IMG/VR virus record: IMGVR_UViG_3300033149_003715
Location: 64,001-128,000 of that record
Length of the DNA: 64,000 nucleotides
Source of the DNA: a virus
Direction: 5' to 3' (one strand)
The notes beneath the pieces are model-generated. The model did not search any database and was not told where the DNA came from. It saw only the letters and a program-made list of their open reading frames with translations. This document shows positions 39,195-47,914 of the stretch, in pieces (the stretch's first letter is position 1; every line of letters starts with the position of its first letter). Made by a program: the position numbers and the translations under genes.

Positions 39195-40046
39195 CTACTT
39201 AGAATTTAGTTTTATTAATCCCATTCTTCTATGGCAACCCTTAAAATGACTAACATAATCCTTAAAGGGTCCATGAATAATAACGTGTGCTCCATATTGT
39301 TCTATATGTGGTCTTACCAAATCTAACCCATTAATTTGATATTGTTCTAAAATCTTTCTTACAACATATCCATCATCCCATCGTCGATGTTGTCGAAAAT
39401 GACCGCTTTTATATTCATTGATGAGTAAATCTATAACACGAAATTGATTATTAGTTTTACGAAAGATAGTAAATCCCATTTCTACACCAGTATCTCTTCT
39501 ACGACGATTTTCACCCATATGATAACAAAATTCAAAATTACCACAAATATTGTTTAGTAATTCCAGGGTAATATTTTGCATGAATACAATATCACAATCA
39601 CACAAAATTACTGTATCAAATTTATCCAATCCTGCAACAATAGTGCGTTTTTCTGTAAATGCATGTAGTGTGGCAATTTTTCTAAACCATCGTGCTGTTT
39701 GTCTATTGAAATTATTACACCAATTTGGTCTATTTTTTTTGTCATAATCTATACATATTCCCCCATATTCTGGAGGAATAATATCACGATTTTGTGTAAT
39801 CCAATCTTTCATAAATTGATTTTGCGATAAATCATGCAAATAACAAAAACCTCTAAAATCACGTAGTGCATTAGTAACTTTATTATATAAATCTCCTTCC
39901 ATACCAATAGATAGATCACCTTCTGTTTTAGATTTAGCAAAAGATTGCAACATATTTTTTCCAGTTGCATTAAATAATTTCTGGTTAAAAGTAGTAATGT
40001 ATAATACATTTTTTATGGGTTCCAACTGGTTTATTATCTTTTCCAT
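39195..40046 (-). CDS. GT-A-like glycosyltransferase
   Basis: TTFN, WFRKI, DCD (DxD), EMGF, RRWDD, HFKG; paralog of 34842..35735. Confidence 0.7.
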   Translation of the reverse strand: MEKIINQLEPIKNVLYITTFNQKLFNATGKNMLQSFAKSKTEGDLSIGMEGDLYNKVTNALRDFRGFCYLHDLSQNQFMKDWITQNRDIIPPEYGGICIDYDKKNRPNWCNNFNRQTARWFRKIATLHAFTEKRTIVAGLDKFDTVILCDCDIVFMQNITLELLNNICGNFEFCYHMGENRRRRDTGVEMGFTIFRKTNNQFRVIDLLINEYKSGHFRQHRRWDDGYVVRKILEQYQINGLDLVRPHIEQYGAHVIIHGPFKDYVSHFKGCHRRMGLIKLNSK

Positions 40047-40101
40047 AGTCTTAAATTTACCATTTCTGTAATCTGTTAAGGGTTGTTCAACAATTTATGG
40101 A

Positions 40102-40287
40102 TCAAGAAGCATAGTATTCTTTTAATTGTTCCAAAGTACTAACTAATTTTTTTTTGTATTTATGTGTACGATTACTTCTACAATAGTTACAAGAACCATG
40201 ATTTCTACAAGTTCTATCAAATCGTTTCGATTTACGGTATTGTTGGCGTTTTTCTTTGCCGTATAAAATCGCCTTATTTAAACTCAT
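40102..40287 (-). CDS. small conserved phage protein
   Basis: MSL.KAI..GKEKR..Y..SK.FD.TCRNHG.C.YC..NR. Confidence 0.65.
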   Translation of the reverse strand: MSLNKAILYGKEKRQQYRKSKRFDRTCRNHGSCNYCRSNRTHKYKKKLVSTLEQLKEYYAS

Positions 40288-41218
40288 AGTTTTTCTCGAT
40301 GTACTTCTTTAGGTGTTCCCATGGTAATCCTTTGGCCATTTCTTTAATTGACCACTGTGCATATGCTAAATCATATAAAAACTGCGTGCGGTCGTGAAAT
40401 CGCGGACTATTTACGTGTGATAATTCTGTTTCTGCTATATTATACACAATATTCATTGGATCATTACAAATAACTTGAACACCTGCTAAAATAGAATCAA
40501 CAGAAGCATTTGTAGTTTTTGCTATAGTTACATATGACTTTTGTAAGTCATCGTAAATATTAGATGGAAAATGGAGATTAGAAAAAAAGAGTTCCCCGTG
40601 GTAGAGAAATTTATTGGGGAACTTTTTTTGATTTGGATGACAACGATAAAGAATTGGCCGGTCTGTATGCTTATTTAGCTTTACAAGAAGTTGTTCAAAC
40701 CAACCTATGGTATCTATGTTTTGAGTTGAGATACCTTTTTCGTGTTGTCCCAAGATAAGAATATAACTACGAGTTTTAGAAAAATGTTGCCAAGGGTCTA
40801 GTTTAAGTAAGACATTTGGTACATCTGAATTCTTAAGTAATGTTTCCCATCTATCTGGCGGACTATTTAAGTTGTTGTATATTGCATTTCCTTTAATACC
40901 CCCGATACCAACAGCCATGTATCGGTCAAGTGATTGTGAATTCCTATTATTTAATAAGCTAAAAAATCCCGTATCAATAATAATTCTTGGTTTGTTGTAA
41001 TGCTGACAATGTTCCTTAATAACATATCTTAAATCTTTACCTAGATAATGTGTATAATCACATACTTGAACTGTTACATCACAATGTTGTAGTAAGTGTG
41101 TGTTATATTCATATATAGAAATCGGTGTATCACCTTGACTTAATACACCATTACTAAATGCGTTGCATGCTCCTATACCTACTTTATCTTTTTTAGTATA
41201 ACAAATGCCTACTTTCAT
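40274..41218 (-). CDS. capsule-synthesis (KpsC/KpsS-like) glycosyltransferase
   Basis: DTGF, PPDRW, ILGQ, YRCHP, TNASVDSILAG, LAYAQW...E...G..W. Confidence 0.7.
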   Translation of the reverse strand: MKVGICYTKKDKVGIGACNAFSNGVLSQGDTPISIYEYNTHLLQHCDVTVQVCDYTHYLGKDLRYVIKEHCQHYNKPRIIIDTGFFSLLNNRNSQSLDRYMAVGIGGIKGNAIYNNLNSPPDRWETLLKNSDVPNVLLKLDPWQHFSKTRSYILILGQHEKGISTQNIDTIGWFEQLLVKLNKHTDRPILYRCHPNQKKFPNKFLYHGELFFSNLHFPSNIYDDLQKSYVTIAKTTNASVDSILAGVQVICNDPMNIVYNIAETELSHVNSPRFHDRTQFLYDLAYAQWSIKEMAKGLPWEHLKKYIEKNYEFK

Positions 41219-41231
41219 TATTAGATTCCTT

Positions 41232-41366
41232 TTAATTTGTTAAATGATGCTCGATAATACTTAATTGTCCACACGCAGCACCATTATCAATTTCTGCTTG
41301 TGTAGCTAATGCAACAGCGTATTCGTAACCACTTTCTTCTAGACTTTGCACAATAGTTTCCATCAT
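41232..41366 (-). CDS. 44-aa peptide carrying the RlmN/Cfr C-terminal AACGQL motif (not in ORF track)
   Basis: MMETIVQSLEESGYEYAVALATQAEIDNGAACGQLSIIEHHLTN; AAGGAG RBS at 41370..41375. Confidence 0.8.
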   Translation of the reverse strand: MMETIVQSLEESGYEYAVALATQAEIDNGAACGQLSIIEHHLTN

Positions 41367-41378
41367 AATCTCCTTAAT

Positions 41379-42188
41379 TTAAACTAGGTTCATACCTGTA
41401 ATAATACCATTTCCAAGGGCATGTTTCTCAGAAATTTCATTTTTATTAATTGGGGATAACTTAACAAAAAAATGTTCAGGAGGAAAAAACTTCTTTAATT
41501 GTGTGATATCAAAATCGTCTTCACTCACTAAAGTTAAATTTAATGTTGTTTTCAGCCTTGAATTAGTACGAATCTGACCTAACTCTTCAATCGGTATTTT
41601 GTTTTTATATGGAATTAATTCATTACGATATTTATCTACTAACGAATGTAATGAAACCTGTAGTGTAATGTTATTTTTAATCCAGCTAAAATCAGATCCA
41701 CAAATACCTATAGTTGATACGTAATGATGTGTATTAGGATATTTCGCGGATATTTTTTGTATAGCTTCTTTTACCGCATTAATATTCAAAAACGGTTCAC
41801 CCATTCTAGTATAGTTAATCTTAAATTCTTGACTATCTTGTGGGTGATGTTGTGAGTTTCGATTTAAAACAAGTTCTATCTGTGCTACAATTTCATCCAC
41901 CGATAAATTTCTCCACTTTTTTAACTTTCCAGTAGCACAAAATTTACATCTGACCGGACAACCACTCATAACAGATACTCCGATCATCCATCTTTCAGAT
42001 CTATCACCTAATTTTGTATTGGATAATTTGTTTTGCTTTCTTCCTATAGCATTTTTAGTATAAAAGGGTAAAAATGAGTCTGTAGTTTCTATTGGATATC
42101 CGTCTGGCGTTTGTAATGCATACACAACACCATTAGCAAACCGTTTATACTTACTGATTTTTAACATATGCTTTCTCAAATTCTTCAC
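41379..42188 (-). CDS. RlmN/Cfr-like radical SAM enzyme lacking the C-terminal Cys segment
   Basis: IET, VS..SGCPVRCKFCATG, RNL..DEIV.Q, MGEP..N, VST.G, SLH, R..LIP. Confidence 0.85.
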   Translation of the reverse strand: MKNLRKHMLKISKYKRFANGVVYALQTPDGYPIETTDSFLPFYTKNAIGRKQNKLSNTKLGDRSERWMIGVSVMSGCPVRCKFCATGKLKKWRNLSVDEIVAQIELVLNRNSQHHPQDSQEFKINYTRMGEPFLNINAVKEAIQKISAKYPNTHHYVSTIGICGSDFSWIKNNITLQVSLHSLVDKYRNELIPYKNKIPIEELGQIRTNSRLKTTLNLTLVSEDDFDITQLKKFFPPEHFFVKLSPINKNEISEKHALGNGIITGMNLV

Positions 42189-42721
42189 TCAAAAAATACC
42201 CACCTGTTATCATCATCAATTTTGGGCGACTCATCTATATGAGCAATATAATTTTTTAATTCTTTCCAGGTAGAAAAAATATACTGATGAGGAATGGTTC
42301 CAAACAACCAGTTAGGAGTATTTTGTTTACTTTGTTTTATCATAACTAGACACGGTTTTTTAAGTCGATTACACCAAAACAATTCTTCCCAAGTACCACA
42401 CATTACAATATCTAAATCAAGATATGTAATGGTAAAGCTTGCAAGATCCACGCACCTTAAATCAAAATGACGAATTTGCTTAATAATTTTAGTCAACTTG
42501 TCATATTCTTCATTCTCCCTCCATTTTTTCATTTGTGGTAGAAGTTGTATTTCGTCATTGACACAATTATTTTTAGGTTTATTGGTGGGATCAAGAACTA
42601 TAATTTTTCTATCTACCAAAAATTTGGTAATATTTCTTCTCCAACCTGTACCCTGATCTACCGCATAATCAATCGGACCAATTAAGTAACACACATTATT
42701 TGCTAAACGGTTTAGTTTCAT
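42185..42721 (-). CDS. nucleoside 2-deoxyribosyltransferase-like protein
   Basis: YL.GPID...G.GWR, DP, DL..VD.A, GT.EE. Confidence 0.72.
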   Translation of the reverse strand: MKLNRLANNVCYLIGPIDYAVDQGTGWRRNITKFLVDRKIIVLDPTNKPKNNCVNDEIQLLPQMKKWRENEEYDKLTKIIKQIRHFDLRCVDLASFTITYLDLDIVMCGTWEELFWCNRLKKPCLVMIKQSKQNTPNWLFGTIPHQYIFSTWKELKNYIAHIDESPKIDDDNRWVFFE

Positions 42722-42807
42722 TTGTACTTTACACAATGTGCCATATGAAGATAAAGAAGCCAAATTTTATGTATTCGTCCCATCAATATTTAGGTTAACA
42801 ATAAAAT

Positions 42808-43002
42808 GAATGGCCAATAAGTAAAATTATCAAATATTGTTAAGTTTCTCAAACATACCTTTTTCTTACTGGTTAGTCTAACCTTAATTTTTCATCTTCC
42901 CTACAAAAGTTTATAAAGGGGGGAAAGTTATATGATGGTAGATGATTTCACGATTGCCGACAATCTTTTGGTAGTTTTGCGTTTTAGTTCTCTTCAATAA
43001 AG
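42808..43002. repeat. dispersed intergenic repeat R2, copy 1
   Basis: similar to 50753..50944; contains perfect palindrome GGTTAGTCTAACC at 42871..42883. Confidence 0.75.
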
Positions 43003-43076
43003 AATACGTCCCTAATATGACGACACGACCAAAATTGGAAACGATTCAATTTCGCTTGTGTCTGTATAACTATTGT

Positions 43077-43105
43077 AGTATACCTTACGGAGGTAGAAAA
43101 GTCAA
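43077..43105 (-). promoter_or_regulatory. sigma70-like promoter
   Basis: TTGACT-17 nt-TATACT on minus strand. Confidence 0.7.
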
Positions 43106-43220
43106 GTTTTTATGTGATAATTTTATTCCCACAGTGGGAAATTTATCGCCAACAACCATAATGGTTGATTTTGTTTTACAATGATACAATATGAGGCACA
43201 ATATACCGTAATTATATTAA

Positions 43221-44123
43221 TCATTTTATATTGTACATTCTTCCCTTACTTGTCTTTAGAACATACCCCTTGTTAACCAAAAATGGCTCAATAATATTTT
43301 CTATTGTGTAACGGTCAATTTTTGTCATTTCCATTAATGGTTTTAATCCAACAGGACGCTTTATTTTCAGTAGACATGAAAGATATAATTTATCATTAGT
43401 AGTTAATCCGTTCTTATCTACCCCTTTTAGTTTAAGAGCAAATTGAACAGTTTTTTCATCAACTAATCGTACAGATTGGCTAACTATATAATCTCTAATC
43501 CAAATTAAATATGTATTCAAAATACGTGGCGTACCACGTGCAATTTTTGCTATATGTTTAATGCAATTGTGTGGCATATTAATATTAAGCTTTGATAAAT
43601 GCAATTGTGCCAATGTAGTCAACTCATCCACCGAATACAATTGTAAATGTTCTTGTATGGGAAATCTGTCAATCAATGGTAAATTTAAACTACCAATCTG
43701 AGTAGAACATGCTATGCAAGTAAATTTTGGCAAATCTATAACAATTGCTTCTTTGTCTATTTTATTAGCAACTAAATTAAGTTTAAAATCTTCCAATACT
43801 GTTAATAGTAAATCTTGACACCGCCTATTAAGGCAATGTATTTCGTCTGCAATCAAAATGTCTTGATATTGTAATCTAACTAAATATGGTAATAATTGTT
43901 TAGGATTGGTAACATTTGCACAGTTAACAACTATAGGAGTTTTGTTAAACTCACGACTAATTGCTAACGCTATAGTTGTTTTACCTAAACCTGGTCCACG
44001 GGACCCTAATAATATATGAGGCAGTATATCTTGCCTTTTTTGAGAAGATTTAATGTGGATTTTCAATCTAGTAAGTACATTTGATTGCCCTATGATATCA
44101 GACAATGATGTTGGTCTTAACAT
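43221..44123 (-). CDS. ruvB: Holliday junction branch migration helicase RuvB
   Basis: LRP.SL.D.IGQ, PGLGKTT, DEIH, L.DRF, RGTPR, IEPFL, T..GR. Confidence 0.9.
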   Translation of the reverse strand: MLRPTSLSDIIGQSNVLTRLKIHIKSSQKRQDILPHILLGSRGPGLGKTTIALAISREFNKTPIVVNCANVTNPKQLLPYLVRLQYQDILIADEIHCLNRRCQDLLLTVLEDFKLNLVANKIDKEAIVIDLPKFTCIACSTQIGSLNLPLIDRFPIQEHLQLYSVDELTTLAQLHLSKLNINMPHNCIKHIAKIARGTPRILNTYLIWIRDYIVSQSVRLVDEKTVQFALKLKGVDKNGLTTNDKLYLSCLLKIKRPVGLKPLMEMTKIDRYTIENIIEPFLVNKGYVLKTSKGRMYNIK

Positions 44124-44130
44124 AAACTTA

Positions 44131-44499
44131 TTACATTTGGCTTAAAATTTTTTTGACTAAATCTTGTACTTTCCACTCTTTTTTATTATTTGCTAAAATA
44201 TGCATAACTTTTTGTTTAACTAACTTAACTGAAAAACCCTGAGCACTAAGAATATCTACCACTTGTTGTATTAATTTCTTATATTGTGACCGATTATCAC
44301 TAATACAATGTTTGTTTCCGTTACCAGTTGTAAAGTTAACTTCTATATTTTGCAATGGTGTAGTAGATAAAATCTGTCCACAGTAACATTCTACGTTATT
44401 ACACATCTGCGATTCTTTCATAGAAAACCAATGTGTGGACTTGCAGTATGGACAATTATATCCAAAGTGTAAGTCAATATCGGCAGGTTTTATTTTCAT
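44131..44499 (-). CDS. zinc ribbon fused to a RuvA C-terminal-like domain
   Basis: CPYC...C.CG N-terminus; V..L.AQGFS...V......V.DLVKKIL C-terminus; directly upstream of ruvB. Confidence 0.55.
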   Translation of the reverse strand: MKIKPADIDLHFGYNCPYCKSTHWFSMKESQMCNNVECYCGQILSTTPLQNIEVNFTTGNGNKHCISDNRSQYKKLIQQVVDILSAQGFSVKLVKQKVMHILANNKKEWKVQDLVKKILSQM

Positions 44500-44765
44500 A
44501 TATTATTTTCGTCATGATCAAAATCGAGAAATGTATCTTCGCCAATGACACAGTATACTCTATCTTTTGGTATAGAATATTGTGGAAGATCACCTTTAAT
44601 ATACTTGTTAAGATCTGGACCACGAAAACCACGTTCATCCACAAAGAAAAAATGATCTATTATTTCACCATTTGCCATATTTAATGCTTTTTGTGCCGCT
44701 TCTACTGGAGCAGAAGCTATTACAATTTTATGTAATTGACCTGATTTAACATAATACTTAGACAT
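44496..44765 (-). CDS. hypothetical phage protein
   Basis: MSKYYVKSG...VDERGF. Confidence 0.6.
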   Translation of the reverse strand: MSKYYVKSGQLHKIVIASAPVEAAQKALNMANGEIIDHFFFVDERGFRGPDLNKYIKGDLPQYSIPKDRVYCVIGEDTFLDFDHDENNI

Positions 44766-44850
44766 AATTATTTTTTTTGCTTCCAGTTATAAAACTAATT
44801 TTCATATTTTTCAATAGCATAGTAAATAAAGATCTAACAGATCATATCGT

Positions 44851-45363
44851 TTAACCATTGTTTTGCGTGTTATAAAGTCGGTGTCGTCGTTGAAAAAGAA
44901 AACGCACTATTAGTATATGGTTTACAACCTGAAAGCCTGAGTAACTTATTAAGAAACCAAGAATTCCAAAAGATATGTCAAGAAAGTATTTTGACCATAA
45001 GTCTGGTTTTGCAAACGCCCACAATACTAATATATAACCAATCAATGTTAAAAGAGTGAAAGCCGTCCATACAAGCCAATCAACAATTTTCTCAGCGACT
45101 AGTTTTATTTTTGAATCGTTTGACCAAGAACAAGCCGCCCAAGCTTGAAATAAAAGCATTATTAGCATAAAACCAAGCATGATATTTGTTGCAACAAACA
45201 AATCTCCAAAATGTGAGCGGATATGGAAAATAGCTTCTGCGTCGTAATGACACCATATTCCAACACTAATTCCAATTACTAGAGCCGTCCAAAATTCACC
45301 ATCTTTCCAAAGGAAAGGATTTTTTAGTATCTTTGGAATAAATTCGCCTATTTCGTAATACAT
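44851..45363 (-). CDS. multi-pass membrane protein
   Basis: about four hydrophobic helices. Confidence 0.6.
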   Translation of the reverse strand: MYYEIGEFIPKILKNPFLWKDGEFWTALVIGISVGIWCHYDAEAIFHIRSHFGDLFVATNIMLGFMLIMLLFQAWAACSWSNDSKIKLVAEKIVDWLVWTAFTLLTLIGYILVLWAFAKPDLWSKYFLDISFGILGFLISYSGFQVVNHILIVRFLFQRRHRLYNTQNNG

Positions 45364-45436
45364 TGTAACAAATTTCTACCTATTTTTGGTTTTTTGACTG
45401 TTAGAAATGGAAACTATTACAGTTTTATGTAATTGG

Positions 45437-45685
45437 CTAGGCATAATTAATTTCTTCGCAAATTGGTGATTGTCTTGCTAGATTTAAAATTTGTATAATG
45501 TGCAATAAATGAATGTATTGATCGTCATTATGTTTGTCAAATCCATATCTGGATATTCTAAATATAAGCGGTATGTTATCTTGATAACTATTTAAATATT
45601 GTTTCAACGCTTTAATACATGCATGATATATATTGCCAGCCATATATAGATATTTTTTTTGTCCATACGTAATATAATATTTCAT
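45437..45685 (-). CDS. hypothetical protein (distant similarity to 44496..44765)
   Basis: MKYYITYG...IS.YGF. Confidence 0.5.
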   Translation of the reverse strand: MKYYITYGQKKYLYMAGNIYHACIKALKQYLNSYQDNIPLIFRISRYGFDKHNDDQYIHLLHIIQILNLARQSPICEEINYA

Positions 45686-45687
45686 TA

Positions 45688-45870
45688 TTACCCTTTCGTA
45701 TTTTGATTATCCTTTAATTTTTCGTTATGTTGATTCTGAATAGATCGTCGAATTTGTATCAATTCATTTTTTATTTCTTCCTTATGCATTTTCAATGATA
45801 CATTTAATCCAATATTAGTGCCAAATACTGCACCTAAGATTAACCAAGGTAATATACTATTATCTTTCAT
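45688..45870 (-). CDS. small single-TM protein
   Basis: N-terminal hydrophobic helix. Confidence 0.45.
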   Translation of the reverse strand: MKDNSILPWLILGAVFGTNIGLNVSLKMHKEEIKNELIQIRRSIQNQHNEKLKDNQNTKG

Positions 45871-45879
45871 GCGTATTTC

Positions 45880-46338
45880 CTATTTATTATAAGGTTTAGC
45901 TGAATATACTTCTTTAATTAATTTTACTGCATCTACAAACAATGTTCCATTCGGTGGTCTTATTAAATGCACTAAGTGTTTGAACCTTTTTTTATATTTT
46001 CTTAATTTCCACGCTTTGATAACAGTTTGCCAATTATTCCTTAAACTATCAGCAACAATACCATTTTTTGATGGATTGTGTACTTCACACATCCAAATAG
46101 TCCCTCTATCAAAAATTGAAAAAGTAGAAAATTGATATTTAAGATTCATATTTGTATGTAAAAATTCCATAGCATTTTCAATAGTATCGAATACAAACAA
46201 TTTAGAACCTTTTATGGTTGGATATGTCCATTCGTTGATTTCATATTTGAGTATACGACCGTATCGGTGTTTTAATCCTCTATGGAAAATAGATAGCAAA
46301 CCATTATCACGAATGACAAGCTTATATGCTATAAACAT
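45880..46338 (-). CDS. paralog family A (YKVV...KL.VF...P.GT) protein
   Basis: shared motifs with 10 other loci in the window. Confidence 0.7.
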   Translation of the reverse strand: MFIAYKLVIRDNGLLSIFHRGLKHRYGRILKYEINEWTYPTIKGSKLFVFDTIENAMEFLHTNMNLKYQFSTFSIFDRGTIWMCEVHNPSKNGIVADSLRNNWQTVIKAWKLRKYKKRFKHLVHLIRPPNGTLFVDAVKLIKEVYSAKPYNK

Positions 46339-46377
46339 AATTATATAATTATTTTATATTTTAGAATACTGCTTACA

Positions 46378-46758
46378 TTAAGAACAACGATTGTGAATCA
46401 ATTTATAAAAATTCTCCGGATTGTGGCAAAACTTAGTGTAAATTTCTTTACGAATTTTTTCCCTGTTGGTATTTAATTTCCATAGCAAATACAACACCAA
46501 ATCACTTTCGCTAATATGTTCTAGTTGACATAGTGGACAATATTTTTCTGGAATTTCGTATCTCCAATCATTAGAGTTTTTCAACTGTTCCATAACATTC
46601 TTATTAAGATAACTTTCGTTAAAAACATGTCCTCTTACACACTCTACCATCCATGCATCTTCAAGGGTAAAATCCCATCCTGATACAGTTTGTCCTGAAA
46701 TATCACATGTAAAACTTGAACTACTTGAATTACTGACAAAACCAGTTCTAATTTTCAT
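46378..46758 (-). CDS. MKxRxGFVSNSSSSSF-family protein
   Basis: N-terminal motif, plus CD.SG, C..GH, CPLC. Confidence 0.7.
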   Translation of the reverse strand: MKIRTGFVSNSSSSSFTCDISGQTVSGWDFTLEDAWMVECVRGHVFNESYLNKNVMEQLKNSNDWRYEIPEKYCPLCQLEHISESDLVLYLLWKLNTNREKIRKEIYTKFCHNPENFYKLIHNRCS

Positions 46759-46769
46759 TGTTTTTCCTC

Positions 46770-47063
46770 CTATTTGTTGTTCTTACAATTATTAATTTTT
46801 TCTGCAATCTCACGAGCCTTAATTAGTGCTTGCCCTAATAAACTCCTTGATGTTTGTTGACATTGACTGTATCCTTCTCCACAGTAAATAATTTTTATTC
46901 CTCGTTTTTGAGCAACCTTTCTATTCAAAACTTTAAGTTTCTCCACATTATCAGGTACTACTTGAACTGCTACATACACATCTGGTCCACCAAATTGATG
47001 AGCACTTGATCCTCTTGAACGTTGTTTGCGAATTTCTACGTATGCTTTCATAATTTTTTCCAT
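46770..47063 (-). CDS. hypothetical protein
   Basis: 97-aa ORF. Confidence 0.55.
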   Translation of the reverse strand: MEKIMKAYVEIRKQRSRGSSAHQFGGPDVYVAVQVVPDNVEKLKVLNRKVAQKRGIKIIYCGEGYSQCQQTSRSLLGQALIKAREIAEKINNCKNNK

Positions 47064-47635
47064 TTATTACCAGAATACGGTTTTGCTAAAGTATTTTTAT
47101 CAAGGGATGGACAATACGTAAATTCTTTGTTGTTAATTTCTTCTTCTAACGGATGATATGTTTGCGTAAAATCTTCATCATATGATGCTTTAATCAAAAA
47201 ACACCCAGCTAATTCAGCACATTTTACTAATAAGTCTTCGGTTAATGCTACACCTCCATGAAATGTATATCTATTTTGAAAAACTTTAACATCATTTGTA
47301 AGATCAATACAATCACCACATGAAAAACCTAAAGCACTTTTAAATCCTATTTTATTTATATGCCCAGCACGACTAGACCACGGTCCTTTTAAACATTTTT
47401 GTACAATTTGATTATCTTCTTGAAGTTTAATATTAAATGTATGTCCGCCAAATCCTCGTCCAGGGCCTTTATAATAGTAAAAACTAACAAAACCATCTTT
47501 TTCTGCATAATACGTATTATTTTTTTCTGTGAATATCATATCCGATAATGCAGGAAGTTTGTCCACTAAAACCTCAAAAATTGGATCACTATCAAAATAA
47601 TGCATCCAATTAACACGCGATTTCAAAATTTTCAC
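47048..47635 (-). CDS. hypothetical phage protein
   Basis: GFGG..F.I.L...L.GPWSSRA motif. Confidence 0.6.
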   Translation of the reverse strand: MKILKSRVNWMHYFDSDPIFEVLVDKLPALSDMIFTEKNNTYYAEKDGFVSFYYYKGPGRGFGGHTFNIKLQEDNQIVQKCLKGPWSSRAGHINKIGFKSALGFSCGDCIDLTNDVKVFQNRYTFHGGVALTEDLLVKCAELAGCFLIKASYDEDFTQTYHPLEEEINNKEFTYCPSLDKNTLAKPYSGNKWKKL

Positions 47636-47900
47636 TATTCTATCCTTTTAATTAATTTTACCGCTTTAGCTGCAACAGTACCTTTAGGAATACATACAAT
47701 ACCACCGTAATCTATTACTTTTTTCTTTTGTTTCTTTTTGTATAAAATTTCTATTAGAGACTCTAAATCAAAGGTAAATGGTATTTTTCTAAATCTACCT
47801 TTACCCTATAGGTAATAGCAGCTTCTCGTATACTATGCTCGTAATATGTAGAACATACTGACTTCATTTCCTGCGTAACAACTTTATAATAGATTTTCAT
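47635..47900 (-). pseudogene. family A relic
   Basis: MKIYYKVV start and IPKGTVAAKAVKLIKRIE* end in different frames; middle deleted. Confidence 0.65.
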
Positions 47901-47914
47901 AATTATTCACTTAA

